Shown in pieces: positions 1 through 10,348 of a stretch of 64,000 bases of DNA. The translations under genes and the position numbers were made by a program. The notes beneath the pieces were generated by a model, which was not told the DNA's origin, ran no database searches, and saw only the letters and a program-made list of their open reading frames with translations. Within the stretch, counting starts at the first letter, position 1; each line of letters begins with the position of its first letter. The stretch lies in the IMG/VR virus record IMGVR_UViG_3300017528_000567, positions 124,001 through 188,000 of that record; one strand, 5' to 3'.

Positions 1-3000
1 ACGCAACGGAGTTAGCTTTAAGTGCTGTTGACGGATCATCTAGGAAAGTGGTGACCCAGGTGGTTCCCCCGTCGAATGAAACCTCCGGCAGTATCGTTCC
101 AATCAAGGTACCAGCGGCCAGCTGAAAACCTACAGACCCGATGCCACTGGTCGCGATTTGAACTGCTGCATTCAGCGCACCTAGAGCTCCCGTTGCCGTT
201 ACATCTGGAGTGACAGTAGCGCTTGTGCTATTGGGCGAGACGGCCACTACCAACGCGGTGTCAGTCGCAAGTGCCGGGCTGCTGGCAGGCTTCACGGTGC
301 CAAAATTGGTGCCGTCCGTGATTCGGGCATTTGTATTTATTCGCCCGTTGACGTCGCCCGAAACACTCTGAATGTTGGTGCCATCATCGACCATTGAAAG
401 GGTGCCAGTAGCGGTCCCCCGAGCGGCGCCGTCAGCGTACTGAGACCCACCCCCAAACGTTGTGACTTGGTTGCCGGCGGCGTCGTAGATCGCGACATCC
501 AAGGGCTGGTGGTTCGCCCCCGAGGCGGTGCTCGTGAGATCTGCCGCCGCCGTGCTGCCCTTCGCGCCACCCCTGATGATGGCCTTGGCTGTACCGCCTG
601 TGAGGGTTGCATCCAAAGCCAGGCCGTTGGTGGTCCCGATGTTCGACGTTACTGTGCCGCTGACCGGAAGCGCGCTCTGGTCACTCGCCAAGACAACCGG
701 AGTAGAGGCCGCCGAAGTCTTTTGCCCGAGCGTGTTGATCCGACCCGTGAACGTTGCATCGGCTAGGCGGGTCGCAAGCGTCGCCTCGGTAGCAGCTCCT
801 GCGGGCAACGGAAGAGAGCCAGCACTGACCGAGACCGTATTGTTGGGTGAGACCGCGACAACAAGGGCTGTATCCGTGGCGACGGCAGCTGCACTCGCGG
901 GCTTGACGGTGCCAAAGTTAGTGCCATCCGTCACGCGTGCGTTCGTATTGAGACGGCCCGTAGTGTCACCAGAGACGCTCTGGATGTTGGTCCCGTCATC
1001 CACCATCAGGAGATTGCCGGTAGCCGTACCCCTGGCTACCCCATCAGCATACTGAGTGCCACCACCGCCAAACGACGTGACCTGATTGCCCGCTGCATCA
1101 TAGATGGCAACGTCCAACGCCTGATGGTTAGCGCCGGACGCACTGCTCGTGACATCTGCCGCCGTTGTGCTGCCCTTAGCACCACCTCGTGCAATGGCCT
1201 TCGCCGTGCCGCCCGTGAGGGTTGCATTCAAGGCAAGAGTACCTGCGGTGCCGATGTTCGCGGTCACCGTGCCGCTGACTGGGACCGCAGTTTGATCGGA
1301 TGCCAGAACCACAGGGGTCGAGCTCGCCGAAGTCTTCTGACCCAACGTGTTGACACGGGACGTGAACGTCGAATCCGCTAAGCGTGTTGCGAGCGTGACT
1401 TCCGTGGCTGCGCCGGTAGGCAAAGGAAGCGAAGTCGCGCTGATTGGCAGTGTGCTATTCGGAGAGATCGCGACCACGAGTGCCGGATCCGTGACCACGG
1501 CTGCTGTGCTCGCAGCCTTGACCGCAGCGACATTCGTGCCGTCGGTAATCTTGGTCTGTTGACTGCCACTTGTCTGATTGGTCTTGATAACCGACAAGTT
1601 GTCGTCGTCTGCGGCGATCGCTACCCTGAGAGTCGCAGTTGATGAATTGCCCTTGTCAACGTCGGTGTTCCGCCCGGCAACCTTAGCCAGGTCGATCTTC
1701 GAGGTCGACACAACACTGCTGATCTCGCTGTTGACATCACTGCCATGGACCTGGCCGCCGATCGCCCACAACGAATCCACCACCACTCCAGCAAGGGTGG
1801 AGTTCACGTTAGTAAACTCAAGGCCGACCGCGTAGTATGTGATCGCCGACAGGTCCCATCCGTTACCTACGCTGGCATTGGAAGTACCAAGCGGTGCGCG
1901 AAAGCTCTGCCAGACGCCTCCAACGGCACTACTATTCGCGACAGAAACACTCCACGAGTTATAGTTACTGTCATCGGTACCCAACCGGATGACTACGTTG
2001 TTTACGTTTGAGATGTTGGGTATGAACACAAGCAGCTGAACAAACGTGATGCCCGTCGCAAGATTCACAAGGTTTACAGCGGGGATGGTCTTCTGGATCA
2101 ACGCAAACGCACTGTTGGCAGCGCTGTTGACGACGTCGAACGATATGGCGCCTGTGCCTCGCACGTGATTGGTCGAGACAGCGATGTTTGTCACATCAGT
2201 GTTGACCGCGGTAATTCCAGTGGCAGAATCGAAGGTGTCTATTATGACGACCCCGCCAGGCGAAACCCTGAGCCGGCCCTTGTCATCGATGTTGAGCGTT
2301 GCATAGTCGCCTATGCTGCTCGAGCTGACCCCCACGGTATCCGGCTGATACACGCCGAGCATCGCAATCCCAGTGTCTCCTGAGGCCGCAGCGGCATCTT
2401 CCGCTTTACCGAGACTGGTCGACCCGACCCCCGGGATAACCGAGGTGATCGCCACGGAACCGTCAACCGTGAGCGACCCGCCGTTGTCGGTGACAGGCAG
2501 GGGCGCCTGATCGCTCGCCAGCACAACCGGCGTCGAGCTCGCCGAAGTCTTCGACCCGAGCGTGTTGATCCGCCCCGTGAAGGTAGCTTCTGCCAATCGG
2601 GTCGCGAGCGTCGCTTCTGTGGCGGCGCCAGTGGGCAGTGGCAGTGAAGCGGCCGAGATGGGTTGCGTGGTTGTCCCCGTGGGGTCGACGCGCAAAGGGT
2701 CCGAAAGGGTGCCCGTCTCAACCGAACCGCCTGCCGCGGACTTTCTGAGCACCGCGCCCAGCACATACTGGGACCCCGCGCCACTGTCGGCGTCAAAGAC
2801 CCGGACCGATTGCAGATTGGTACCGTCGGAGCCACCCATCTGCGAAGAAGAAGCCGGAGCCGCGGCGTTGTTGGGGCCGATGGACGCATCGGAGACAATA
2901 ACCGCCCCCGCCGGTGTGGAGGCTGTGCCGACCTTCGAAGAGGCCGTAGCGTAGACACCCGTGAAGGATGCGCCCGCCCCCGTGACTACCCAGCTGATCT

Positions 3001-3304
3001 TGACCGCCCCGCCGACGGTCGAGCCCAGCGCCGCCGTATAGACCCCTATGGCTGAGATCGAAGGCGTAGACGATATCGGGCCAAAGACGGCTGTCTGATC
3101 CCCCGGGTCAACCTCCTGAAGCGAGTAGGTCAGCGTCGGGGTCGTGCCTGTCGGGGCCGCCGTGACATTGACAACCAGTGTGACCTCTTTGGAGCCAACC
3201 CCGGTCATCACGATGGAGCCAGAAGCCGTGATGGTAGAGTTGCTATGTACGTATGTACTGCCGGAGTCAGGCTCGGTCGGAATGATCTGTTGTGGATATG
3301 TCAT
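1..3304 (-). CDS. Repeat-built fibre/virion protein, >1100 aa, running off the left edge (absent from the ORF track)
   Basis: Hand translation from ATG at 3304 (MTYPQQIIPTEPDSG...) found no stop in the segments read, down to the window edge. It shares the SLPLPxGAATEATLATRLADATF...GQK...STPVVLASDQ module and the GGSDGTNLQ...RVFDADSGAG module with 3307..6522. Confidence 0.85.
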   Translation of the reverse strand, partial: MTYPQQIIPTEPDSGSTYVHSNSTITASGSIVMTGVGSKEVTLVVNVTAAPTGTTPTLTYSLQEVDPGDQTAVFGPISSTPSISAIGVYTAALGSTVGGAVKISWVVTGAGASFTGVYATASSKVGTASTPAGAVIVSDASIGPNNAAAPASSSQMGGSDGTNLQSVRVFDADSGAGSQYVLGAVLRKSAAGGSVETGTLSDPLRVDPTGTTTQPISAASLPLPTGAATEATLATRLAEATFTGRINTLGSKTSASSTPVVLASDQAPLPVTDNGGSLTVDGSVAITSVIPGVGSTSLGKAEDAAAASGDTGIAMLGVYQPDTVGVSSSSIGDYATLNIDDKGRLRVSPGGVVIIDTFDSATGITAVNTDVTNIAVSTNHVRGTGAISFDVVNSAANSAFALIQKTIPAVNLVNLATGITFVQLLVFIPNISNVNNVVIRLGTDDSNYNSWSVSVANSSAVGGVWQSFRAPLGTSNASVGNGWDLSAITYYAVGLEFTNVNSTLAGVVVDSLWAIGGQVHGSDVNSEISSVVSTSKIDLAKVAGRNTDVDKGNSSTATLRVAIAADDDNLSVIKTNQTSGSQQTKITDGTNVAAVKAASTAAVVTDPALVVAISPNSTLPISATSLPLPTGAATEVTLATRLADSTFTSRVNTLGQKTSASSTPVVLASDQTAVPVSGTVTANIGTAGTLALNATLTGGTAKAIARGGAKGSTTAADVTSSASGANHQALDVAIYDAAGNQVTSFGGGGTQYADGVARGTATGNLLMVDDGTNIQSVSGDTTGRLNTNARVTDGTNFGTVKPASAAAVATDTALVVAVSPNNTVSVSAGSLPLPAGAATEATLATRLADATFTGRINTLGQKTSAASTPVVLASDQSALPVSGTVTSNIGTTNGLALDATLTGGTAKAIIRGGAKGSTAAADLTSTASGANHQPLDVAIYDAAGNQVTTFGGGSQYADGAARGTATGTLSMVDDGTNIQSVSGDVNGRINTNARITDGTNFGTVKPASSPALATDTALVVAVSPNSTSATVTPDVTATGALGALNAAVQIATSGIGSVGFQLAAGTLIGTILPEVSFDGGTTWVTTFLDDPSTALKANSVA

Positions 3305-5545
3305 ATCTAAGCCTTGCCTGCGATCGTTGCCGTAGCGGTTCTGCTGGTGCCGCTCTGCAACCTCACGTATCTCGCCCCAATCATATAGTTCCCACCAAAG
3401 TCACCGCCGCCTAAGCTCGATATCGTGATGGAGTCGACCGTGTAGAAGTTCGTGTTGTTCTGAGACACCTGGATCGAGATAGTCGTTGTTCCGTTAACAG
3501 TCCCAAACACGCTGACGTAGGGCGTGTACTGACAATCAATGGCTGTCGAGTTTCCGTTAGTTCCGGTAGAAACTGCATTCCACGCATTGGCATGCGTCCC
3601 TACCACAGCGGTCGGCGAAGGGGTCTGGTCGCTCGCGATAACGATCGGAACGCTGTTGGCCATGGTCTTCTGACCAACAGTTGGAGCTGTCGACCCGAGC
3701 CAAGCCCCGTTATTCGTGTCGAGTCTGCCGCCCACCAACGCTGCAGGGAGTTGCGGAGTGTCGACCGTGATCGAACCACCGTTATCAGTGATCGCGAGGG
3801 GGCTCTGGTCCGACGCCAAGACGACAGGGGTCGAGCTCGCCGCCGTTTTTTGCCCTAACGTGTTGATGCGAGCCGTGAAGGTCGCATCGGCTAGACGCGT
3901 GGCCAGCGTCGCTTCCGTCGCCGCGCCCGCGGGGAGAGGCAACGAAACTGCCGAAATAGGTTGTGTGGTTGTCCCCGTGGGATCGACCCGAAGAGGATCG
4001 GTCGCCGTACCCGCTTCTACAGAGCCGCCCGAGGCGGTCTTGCGGAGGGTCGCCCCAAGAACATACTGGGTGCCGGCGCCGCTATCCGCATCGAAGACAC
4101 GGATTGCCTGTAGGTTCGTGCCGTCAGAGCCGCCGATTTCAGTCGACGAAGTCGGCAACGCGGCGTTGTTGAGGCCGACCGAAAGGTTCGAAGTGGCGAC
4201 AGGGTTGTTCGGACTGATCGCGACCACCAGCGCCGGGTCCGTGGCAAGAGCAGCCGTTGAAGCAGGCTTCACGGCGGCATTGCTCGTGCCGTCAGTGATC
4301 CGCGTGCGCTGCGTACCGCCCGTCAACGTCGCGTCGAGAGCCAGACCATTCGTAGTCCCGATGTTGGCGGTAACCGTACCATCGATGGTCAGCGAGCCGC
4401 CCCCGTCAGAGATGGGTATCGAGGTCTGATCACTCGCCAACACAACCGGCGTGGAATCTGCCATCGCCTTCTGACCCAGCGTGTTTACCCGGGCCGTGAA
4501 GGTCGCATCCGCTAGCCTTGTTGCGAGTGTGGCTTCCGTGGCCGCGCCCGTCGGTAAAGGCAAGGACGTTGCTGAGATGGGCTGACTGGTCGTGCCCGTC
4601 GGATCAACTCGCAGGGGATCTGTGGCAGTGCCTGCCTCAACGGTGCCGCCCGCCGCACCCTTGCGAAGGATCGCGCCGAGCACAAATTGCGTACCGGCCC
4701 CGGTGTCCCCGTCGAAAACCCGGATTCCCCGCAAGGTGCTTCCATCAGTGCCACCTATGTGCGTGGAGAAACTGGGGACCGCTCCATTGTTGGTGGCCAC
4801 TGAAGCGTTTGAAGTTACGACGGTATTATTGGGGCTGAACGCTACGACAAGCGCTGGGTCTGCAGCGACTGCAGGTGTGCTCGCCGCTTTGACGGCGGCG
4901 TTGCTGGTGCCGTCAGTGATGCGAGTTCGAGCTGCTCCGCCCGTCAAAGTCGCATCAAGGGCAAGGCCGTTCGTAGTCCCGATGTTCGCGGTGATCGCCC
5001 CATCGATGGTCAACGACCCGCCCCCGTCGGAGATTGGCAGCGAGCTCTGGTCACTCGCCAGTACCACGGGCGTAGAGTCCGCCATGGCCTTTTGACCCAG
5101 CGTGTTGACCCGAGATGTGAACGTCGCTTCAGCTAATCTGGTGGCAAGGGTCGCTTCAGTGGCAGCCCCTGTCGGCAAAGGCAGAGATGCAGCCGTGATC
5201 GGGAGGGCTGTTTGGTCGCTCGAGACGACGACCGGCAGCGATGCTGCCATCGTCTTCTGGCCAACCGTGGGAGCCGTCGAGCCTAGCCACGCACCGCTGT
5301 TGACATCTAGACGGCTGCCAACCAGCGCGGCGGGAAGCTGCGGCGTATCGACGGTAATGGAGCCGCCGCCGTCCGCGATAGAGACAGGCGTCTGATCGCT
5401 CGCCAACACGACAGGGGTCGAGCCCGCCATGGCCTTCTGGCCTTGCGTGTTGATGCGAGCCGCGAAGGTGGCCTCAGCCACACGAGTGGCGAGCGTGGCC
5501 TCTGTGGCTGCACCCGCTGGCAAAGGCAGCGAGGTCGCTGAGATG
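690..5545 (-). repeat. Dispersed ~150-bp coding repeat, 7 diverged copies across the two fibre genes
   Basis: Copies at about 690-830, 1290-1440, 2510-2660, 3815-3955, 4430-4575, 5045-5195 and 5395-5545. The protein is nearly constant while the DNA is diverged. Confidence 0.85.
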
Positions 5546-6522
5546 GGCTGACTGGTTGTACCCGTCGGATCGGTGCGGAGAGGGTTTGAAGCAGTGCCTG
5601 CCTCAACGGTGCCACCAGACGCACTCTTGCGAAGGATCGCGCCTAGTACGTATTGGGTACCAGCGCCCGCATCCCCATCGAATACATGAGCGGCTTGAAG
5701 ATTACCGCTCTCATCTGGACCGCCAATCTGCGTAGACGATCCGGGAGCACCATCATTGTTATTTCCATCTGCGCCTGAGCTGACATTGCCGAAGACATAT
5801 AGAGCGCCATTTTGTGTCACACTGACATTACGATACCGAAGACTACCATCCTCAACAGAAATACCGGCAAGAACGGATTTGACCAGCGTGGCACTGGAGT
5901 CTACGCTACCATCCTCTGCAATCCGAACGGTATCAGCTCGCACGTCTTTATAGTGCAGAGTCGTGTGAATCCGGACGAATGATCCACTACCCGCACCGTT
6001 CAGATAAGAGACCCGAAAATAGTCGCCTCTGGGACCGGCTACATATGTTTTGCCTGGCCCAAGGTGATGTGTAAACCTCAGCGCCTCATCAGACTCATCG
6101 ACAGCAAAACTCCACCACAAGACAAGACCATCCGTCGCGCTGTCCAGCAACGAATAGACACTAACACTAACCGCCGCGACATCTGGTGCGTACACCCATT
6201 CGCCGACGAACGACTCATTGGGCGCAAACTCCCTAAACTCAACACTATTGGTCGCGTCGCGAACTGAAGGCGCGGAGACCCGCACCGGCTCGCCCGCGGC
6301 GTCTCCCTGGACAGTAAGAACACCGCCTGCCGGAGTCCCCGCTGTTCCCGCGCCAACGATGCTAAGCCGACCAGCAGCGTCCACCGCTATGATATGGGCG
6401 TCAGTCCCATCAGTGCCGGCCGCCAATAGAGCTTGGGTCCCCACCGGGATCGCAAGGCCATCCTCCACGGCCATCGCCACGCCGTTAGAGTCGAATAGGA
6501 TAACTGCGGGGGACTTAGCCAT
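3307..6522 (-). CDS. Repeat-built fibre/virion protein (1071 aa) with small beta-sandwich-like terminal domains
   Basis: T/A/G/S-rich, four full internal modules plus partial ones. The N-terminal (GEW..YFRVSYLNG) and C-terminal (ISIQVSQNN..ARYVRLQ) segments look related. SD-like GGAGG upstream. Confidence 0.8.
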   Translation of the reverse strand: MAKSPAVILFDSNGVAMAVEDGLAIPVGTQALLAAGTDGTDAHIIAVDAAGRLSIVGAGTAGTPAGGVLTVQGDAAGEPVRVSAPSVRDATNSVEFREFAPNESFVGEWVYAPDVAAVSVSVYSLLDSATDGLVLWWSFAVDESDEALRFTHHLGPGKTYVAGPRGDYFRVSYLNGAGSGSFVRIHTTLHYKDVRADTVRIAEDGSVDSSATLVKSVLAGISVEDGSLRYRNVSVTQNGALYVFGNVSSGADGNNNDGAPGSSTQIGGPDESGNLQAAHVFDGDAGAGTQYVLGAILRKSASGGTVEAGTASNPLRTDPTGTTSQPISATSLPLPAGAATEATLATRVAEATFAARINTQGQKAMAGSTPVVLASDQTPVSIADGGGSITVDTPQLPAALVGSRLDVNSGAWLGSTAPTVGQKTMAASLPVVVSSDQTALPITAASLPLPTGAATEATLATRLAEATFTSRVNTLGQKAMADSTPVVLASDQSSLPISDGGGSLTIDGAITANIGTTNGLALDATLTGGAARTRITDGTSNAAVKAASTPAVAADPALVVAFSPNNTVVTSNASVATNNGAVPSFSTHIGGTDGSTLRGIRVFDGDTGAGTQFVLGAILRKGAAGGTVEAGTATDPLRVDPTGTTSQPISATSLPLPTGAATEATLATRLADATFTARVNTLGQKAMADSTPVVLASDQTSIPISDGGGSLTIDGTVTANIGTTNGLALDATLTGGTQRTRITDGTSNAAVKPASTAALATDPALVVAISPNNPVATSNLSVGLNNAALPTSSTEIGGSDGTNLQAIRVFDADSGAGTQYVLGATLRKTASGGSVEAGTATDPLRVDPTGTTTQPISAVSLPLPAGAATEATLATRLADATFTARINTLGQKTAASSTPVVLASDQSPLAITDNGGSITVDTPQLPAALVGGRLDTNNGAWLGSTAPTVGQKTMANSVPIVIASDQTPSPTAVVGTHANAWNAVSTGTNGNSTAIDCQYTPYVSVFGTVNGTTTISIQVSQNNTNFYTVDSITISSLGGGDFGGNYMIGARYVRLQSGTSRTATATIAGKA

Positions 6523-6558
6523 CTAGGGTACCTCCTACCGCTTTAAACAAAAGCAGGT

Positions 6559-7686
6559 TCATGTGATGGTCCTCACTCGGCTAAGCTCGAACACGCCGGA
6601 ATAGGTCATCGTGTCTGTGACCGTGGCCAAGACCGTGACCCCGTCAGTGGAATAGACTTTCCACTGATCGGTAGCGACGGTGCTGTTCAAGTTATAGGTG
6701 ACCGTCTCCTCGACGATCTTTGAGACCTTGGCGGCATTGGTCCACCAGATCACTGAGCTCGGAAACGGGGTGGCCGCGGGCAACGTCTCTTGGTATGCCC
6801 CCGAGGCAAACCCCTCGTACGGCCCGCCCTCTTCCGCCAAATGGATAAGCTGGCGCAAGGTTTTGTGGCTGTCGATCGTGACCGTCGCCGAAGCACCCGC
6901 AAAGTGGTCAATAATCGTGCGGACTCGACTCAGCTCGAACACACCAGAGTACGAAATCGTGTCCGTGATCTCTGCCATCAGAGTCACGCCATCTGTGTCA
7001 TACACAACCCAGCTGTCACTCGCGATCGTGCTGTTCGGATTGTACGTGACCGTTTCTTCAAGAATCTTTGCGGTCTTGCTTGAGTCAGTCCACCAAGTCA
7101 CCAAGACAGGAAATGGGGTCGCCGATGGCAACGTTTCCTGAAAAGCGCCAGTGGTGAAACCCTCAAACGGTCCGCCTTCATCGGCCAAGTGGATCAGCTG
7201 CCGTAGCGCTTTATGCTCGGCCTCACTTAGACCCTCACTGCCACCAGTACCAACCGCCGCATCGAGCTCTTCAATCGCGCCTTGGACGTTGTTGGACGTC
7301 ACGTGAGTCAGACCGGTCGCGTCCAACCCAATCCGCTCCGCGCCGGATCGGTAATGAAAACTAATCGAGCCCCCGGTGGACGTCCCGATGCCCCCTAGAA
7401 CCGAAAACGAGGTGTCACTGAGCACCACGTCGACCGTGAACTTGCCGTTGCCCAGCCCGCCACTTGTCCCCGTGATGACCACGAAGTCTCCCGACTCAGC
7501 CGGATGATCCCTACCAAGCAGGATCCCTTCCCCATCCGCTGGAAGGTTGATCACGACCACCTTCGTGCCCGAGGTCGTGGATACTACCGTACTAGTCAGG
7601 TAGACGAATGTGCCGTCGCTTTCGAGCTCCTCTTGGTCGAGGAACTCGCTATCGACCACATCCGTCTTGCTGATCTGATTGACCAC
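6559..7686 (-). CDS. Virion structural protein with a tandemly duplicated C-terminal domain
   Basis: HKxLRQLIHLAxEGGP..GAxQETLP.ATPFP..WWT..EETVTYN..YSGVFELSRVRTI occurs twice; also carries the fibre-like motif NVQGAIEELD. Confidence 0.7.
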   Translation of the reverse strand: MVNQISKTDVVDSEFLDQEELESDGTFVYLTSTVVSTTSGTKVVVINLPADGEGILLGRDHPAESGDFVVITGTSGGLGNGKFTVDVVLSDTSFSVLGGIGTSTGGSISFHYRSGAERIGLDATGLTHVTSNNVQGAIEELDAAVGTGGSEGLSEAEHKALRQLIHLADEGGPFEGFTTGAFQETLPSATPFPVLVTWWTDSSKTAKILEETVTYNPNSTIASDSWVVYDTDGVTLMAEITDTISYSGVFELSRVRTIIDHFAGASATVTIDSHKTLRQLIHLAEEGGPYEGFASGAYQETLPAATPFPSSVIWWTNAAKVSKIVEETVTYNLNSTVATDQWKVYSTDGVTVLATVTDTMTYSGVFELSRVRTIT

Positions 7687-7689
7687 TCT

Positions 7690-8070
7690 CTAGCTCTTTT
7701 TGGCGCGTGCTCGCTTGATGGGCGTAACTGCCGCTTGAGGTTCCGGAGCGTTCTCGGCTGCCTCGCGCTTACGCTCGGCCTCCTCTTGCGACCGTTTCTG
7801 GCCAGCCTCCACAAAGCCGTTGACGATGCTGAACAGAATGGATGCCATCGTGGCGAAAGCGCCGGCTTGAGCGTCGGCTGCTGCGGCTTGGCGGCGAAGT
7901 GTCTCCGCCTGACTCAAAAGGCTCTGTCGCCGCCGATCAGCTTCCTGCCATGTCTGCAAAATAGTCTGCTCGTACATCCCCGCGGACTCCGGCGTCATGT
8001 AGCCTAGAGCCTGAAGATCGTTGACTCGCTTCCGAAGTTTCAACAAGTCAATCTGAAAACTGTTGTCCAT
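7690..8070 (-). CDS. Hypothetical coiled-coil protein
   Basis: 126-aa ORF tightly packed in the operon; helical, Ala/Gln-rich. Confidence 0.7.
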   Translation of the reverse strand: MDNSFQIDLLKLRKRVNDLQALGYMTPESAGMYEQTILQTWQEADRRRQSLLSQAETLRRQAAAADAQAGAFATMASILFSIVNGFVEAGQKRSQEEAERKREAAENAPEPQAAVTPIKRARAKKS

Positions 8071-8073
8071 ATT

Positions 8074-8304
8074 TCATCTCTTCTTTTGTCGTGCCATCGC
8101 GTTGGCGACCATCAAGCACGGCTCACAGTAAGTGCCGCTAACATTGTGATCGCCCGCGCTCGTAACTTGAAAAAACGCGGTGGGCAGGGGCGGTGTCCCC
8201 CGCCCCTCTCTCGACCAACTCTCCGGCGCTGTGTGCCCAGACGAGCACCACCTGCCGTGAGTCGCCGGCACCTGTTTGACCTGAAGATCAACCTTCGGTT
8301 GCAT
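8074..8304 (-). CDS. Small Cys/His protein
   Basis: 76 aa; CSSGH and CEPC motifs; its start abuts the upstream stop. Confidence 0.6.
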   Translation of the reverse strand: MQPKVDLQVKQVPATHGRWCSSGHTAPESWSREGRGTPPLPTAFFQVTSAGDHNVSGTYCEPCLMVANAMARQKKR

Positions 8305-9800
8305 CAGCCGTAAACGTAGTAGTTGATGTGATCGCCAAGCTTCTGCTTGGCGTAGAACGTCACCGTGGTGACGCTAGACTCAGCATAATCATCGCCATTG
8401 ATTACTGTGCCAGGGTCTCTCAGAATGCCGCGTGTATAGACACTGAGCCCCTTGCCGTTGTTGGTGCCATCCACCACATAGGTCGCGGCTCCCGGCAGCG
8501 TGTGCGCCGTGTTAGCAGGCAAATCGGCACCCAGGCGTTCGATGTAACGCACGACGTTCGCTCCGGCTATCGAGTCAGACAGCGCTTGCAGAGACGCAGC
8601 AATGGTCTGCCCATCGGTCAAAATCGGGCTGCTATAGTCGCGGTTTCCGATCTGTGCATTCAGCGTGTTGAGCGCCTCGGTCACAGATGGGTTTGCATCA
8701 GGTAGGGCAACAAACGGGAAGAACGCAGATGTATCGGTGAGCCCGTGGAGATACGTCTCACCGTCAGCGACGCCGATAACTTGCTGCAAGTCGGTAATGT
8801 CTTGGCGCAGAGTGCCAGACTCCTCCACCCCCAAGGTCTGGAGCGAGCGGAGGATGTAGTCACTAGCTTCATCTAGCTGCTCAAAGTACCCGTAGATGAG
8901 GTCGATCGTCGTCGGCTGTCCAGCTTCCCATGTGTATGGGTTTGACTGAGTCGAGAGATTGCCACCAAGCGGAACTGAAAAAAACCTAACCTCTACGGAG
9001 TTCGGACTTGTCGATGCCCCGGCGTAAGTCAGGCCGTAGATCTTCTTGCCGATATGGGTGCCACCTAGAACTTTGAGGTCGGTGCCGTCTGCAGTATTCG
9101 TAATGCGGACGTAACAAGCTAGGTAGTCATTTAGGTAGAGCGCTGTTGCGTCGTCGAAGCACGGAACACCAGTTTTGTCAGTGGTACCAGAATGCTTTAG
9201 GTTGCCAACGCTCGCGAGCGTGATCTGAGTGTTGGTAGCCGCAACGGTCGCTCCGACAAACTGGCGATTGAAGATAAAGCCGCGAGCATCCGTGGTCTTG
9301 CCAGCAATGTTGTTGAGATTCGCCGGGACATCGGTGCCAACCGCCGTCGGCCTCTCGTATGTCGGGATCGGATCACTATACAGAACACCCTTGATGGCCG
9401 CACGATCCGTCCGCTCGAAGTCGAGGTCGTCGTTCAAGCAATATGCGCGCCGCTCGGTCCACGTGAGACCTGTCTCGGGAGAAACGCCAGCAGCGTTGGA
9501 AATGACGACACTGTTCGCCGTGACGTATGCAACGATCAGGAACGTACCGTTGTTGCCCGGATTGGTGGCGCCGGAAACGGTCAAGAAGTTGCCAACCGAG
9601 CTGGCCGTCATTCCCGTCAAACCAGCGACGGTCGACTGACTAGCGTTGAACGCGGTGATGGTGCCAGCCACACCCGTCTGCCCGGTGGAGGCACCTAAGC
9701 CTGCAGGTTCGTCAGTCAGCACCCTCGTAGGGTCCTGTGAGAACGATCCCTGAATGTCTAGGATCTGGTCCAGTGCATTGAAGCGTGAAAATTGAGCCAC
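8304..9800 (-). CDS. Virion structural protein (498 aa)
   Basis: Thr/Gly-rich, beta-strand-like composition; C-terminal GILRDPG..DDYAES..TVTF motif related to the two neighbouring genes; GGAG upstream. Confidence 0.7.
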   Translation of the reverse strand: MAQFSRFNALDQILDIQGSFSQDPTRVLTDEPAGLGASTGQTGVAGTITAFNASQSTVAGLTGMTASSVGNFLTVSGATNPGNNGTFLIVAYVTANSVVISNAAGVSPETGLTWTERRAYCLNDDLDFERTDRAAIKGVLYSDPIPTYERPTAVGTDVPANLNNIAGKTTDARGFIFNRQFVGATVAATNTQITLASVGNLKHSGTTDKTGVPCFDDATALYLNDYLACYVRITNTADGTDLKVLGGTHIGKKIYGLTYAGASTSPNSVEVRFFSVPLGGNLSTQSNPYTWEAGQPTTIDLIYGYFEQLDEASDYILRSLQTLGVEESGTLRQDITDLQQVIGVADGETYLHGLTDTSAFFPFVALPDANPSVTEALNTLNAQIGNRDYSSPILTDGQTIAASLQALSDSIAGANVVRYIERLGADLPANTAHTLPGAATYVVDGTNNGKGLSVYTRGILRDPGTVINGDDYAESSVTTVTFYAKQKLGDHINYYVYG

Positions 9801-9811
9801 GGTTTATTCTC

Positions 9812-10348
9812 CTAAGAAGCCTTGTGGTAGCTCGCCAATAGACTGGACCTACCTACTGGAGAAAAAGTCAAAAGGTTTACCGTGTCGAACCCCGTCCCTA
9901 CCCCACCGCTCTCCTCGACGGTGAAGTCTCCTAGACTGGGATCCGACACCGGGGTCTGAACCAGGCGCCGGCCATTGTGCCAGAGCTCGATGGTCTTCCC
10001 GGTCCCGCCCAAGTCATGAACGAAGTGCTCCGGCGTTGTCCGAAACACGCGATTCATGCCGTTCATGGGACCGACCAGGCTCACCCCGATCCGGACAACG
10101 GCCGCCGAGCTCGAGCCCGACAGCTCCTTGAGCGACAAGATCCCGTCACTGAACAGGTCGTCGTACCAGTGCTCTGGAGCTGTCTCGCCAAAAATGATCT
10201 GGCGCAACCGGCTCAAGATGAAGACCTGGAGCTGCTCCTGCGTCTCGGAGGCGACCAAGGCCCCCGAGATGGCAGCGGACCCCTGCTGATCGTCTACGTC
10301 ATCCGTACGCCGAATGCTGTTGAAGCGTTTGAGCGTGTTTCCCATCAA
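9812..10348 (-). CDS. Virion structural protein, paralogue of 10345..10671
   Basis: NGRRL...DFTVEESGGVGTGFDTV motif. Confidence 0.65.
   Translation of the reverse strand: MMGNTLKRFNSIRRTDDVDDQQGSAAISGALVASETQEQLQVFILSRLRQIIFGETAPEHWYDDLFSDGILSLKELSGSSSAAVVRIGVSLVGPMNGMNRVFRTTPEHFVHDLGGTGKTIELWHNGRRLVQTPVSDPSLGDFTVEESGGVGTGFDTVNLLTFSPVGRSSLLASYHKAS

Noticed and set aside
690-5545. Fibre repeats as a template/variable pair of a diversity-generating retroelement
   Set aside because: All copies are in-frame coding modules, the differences I inspected look mostly synonymous rather than adenine-specific, and there is no reverse transcriptase in the window.
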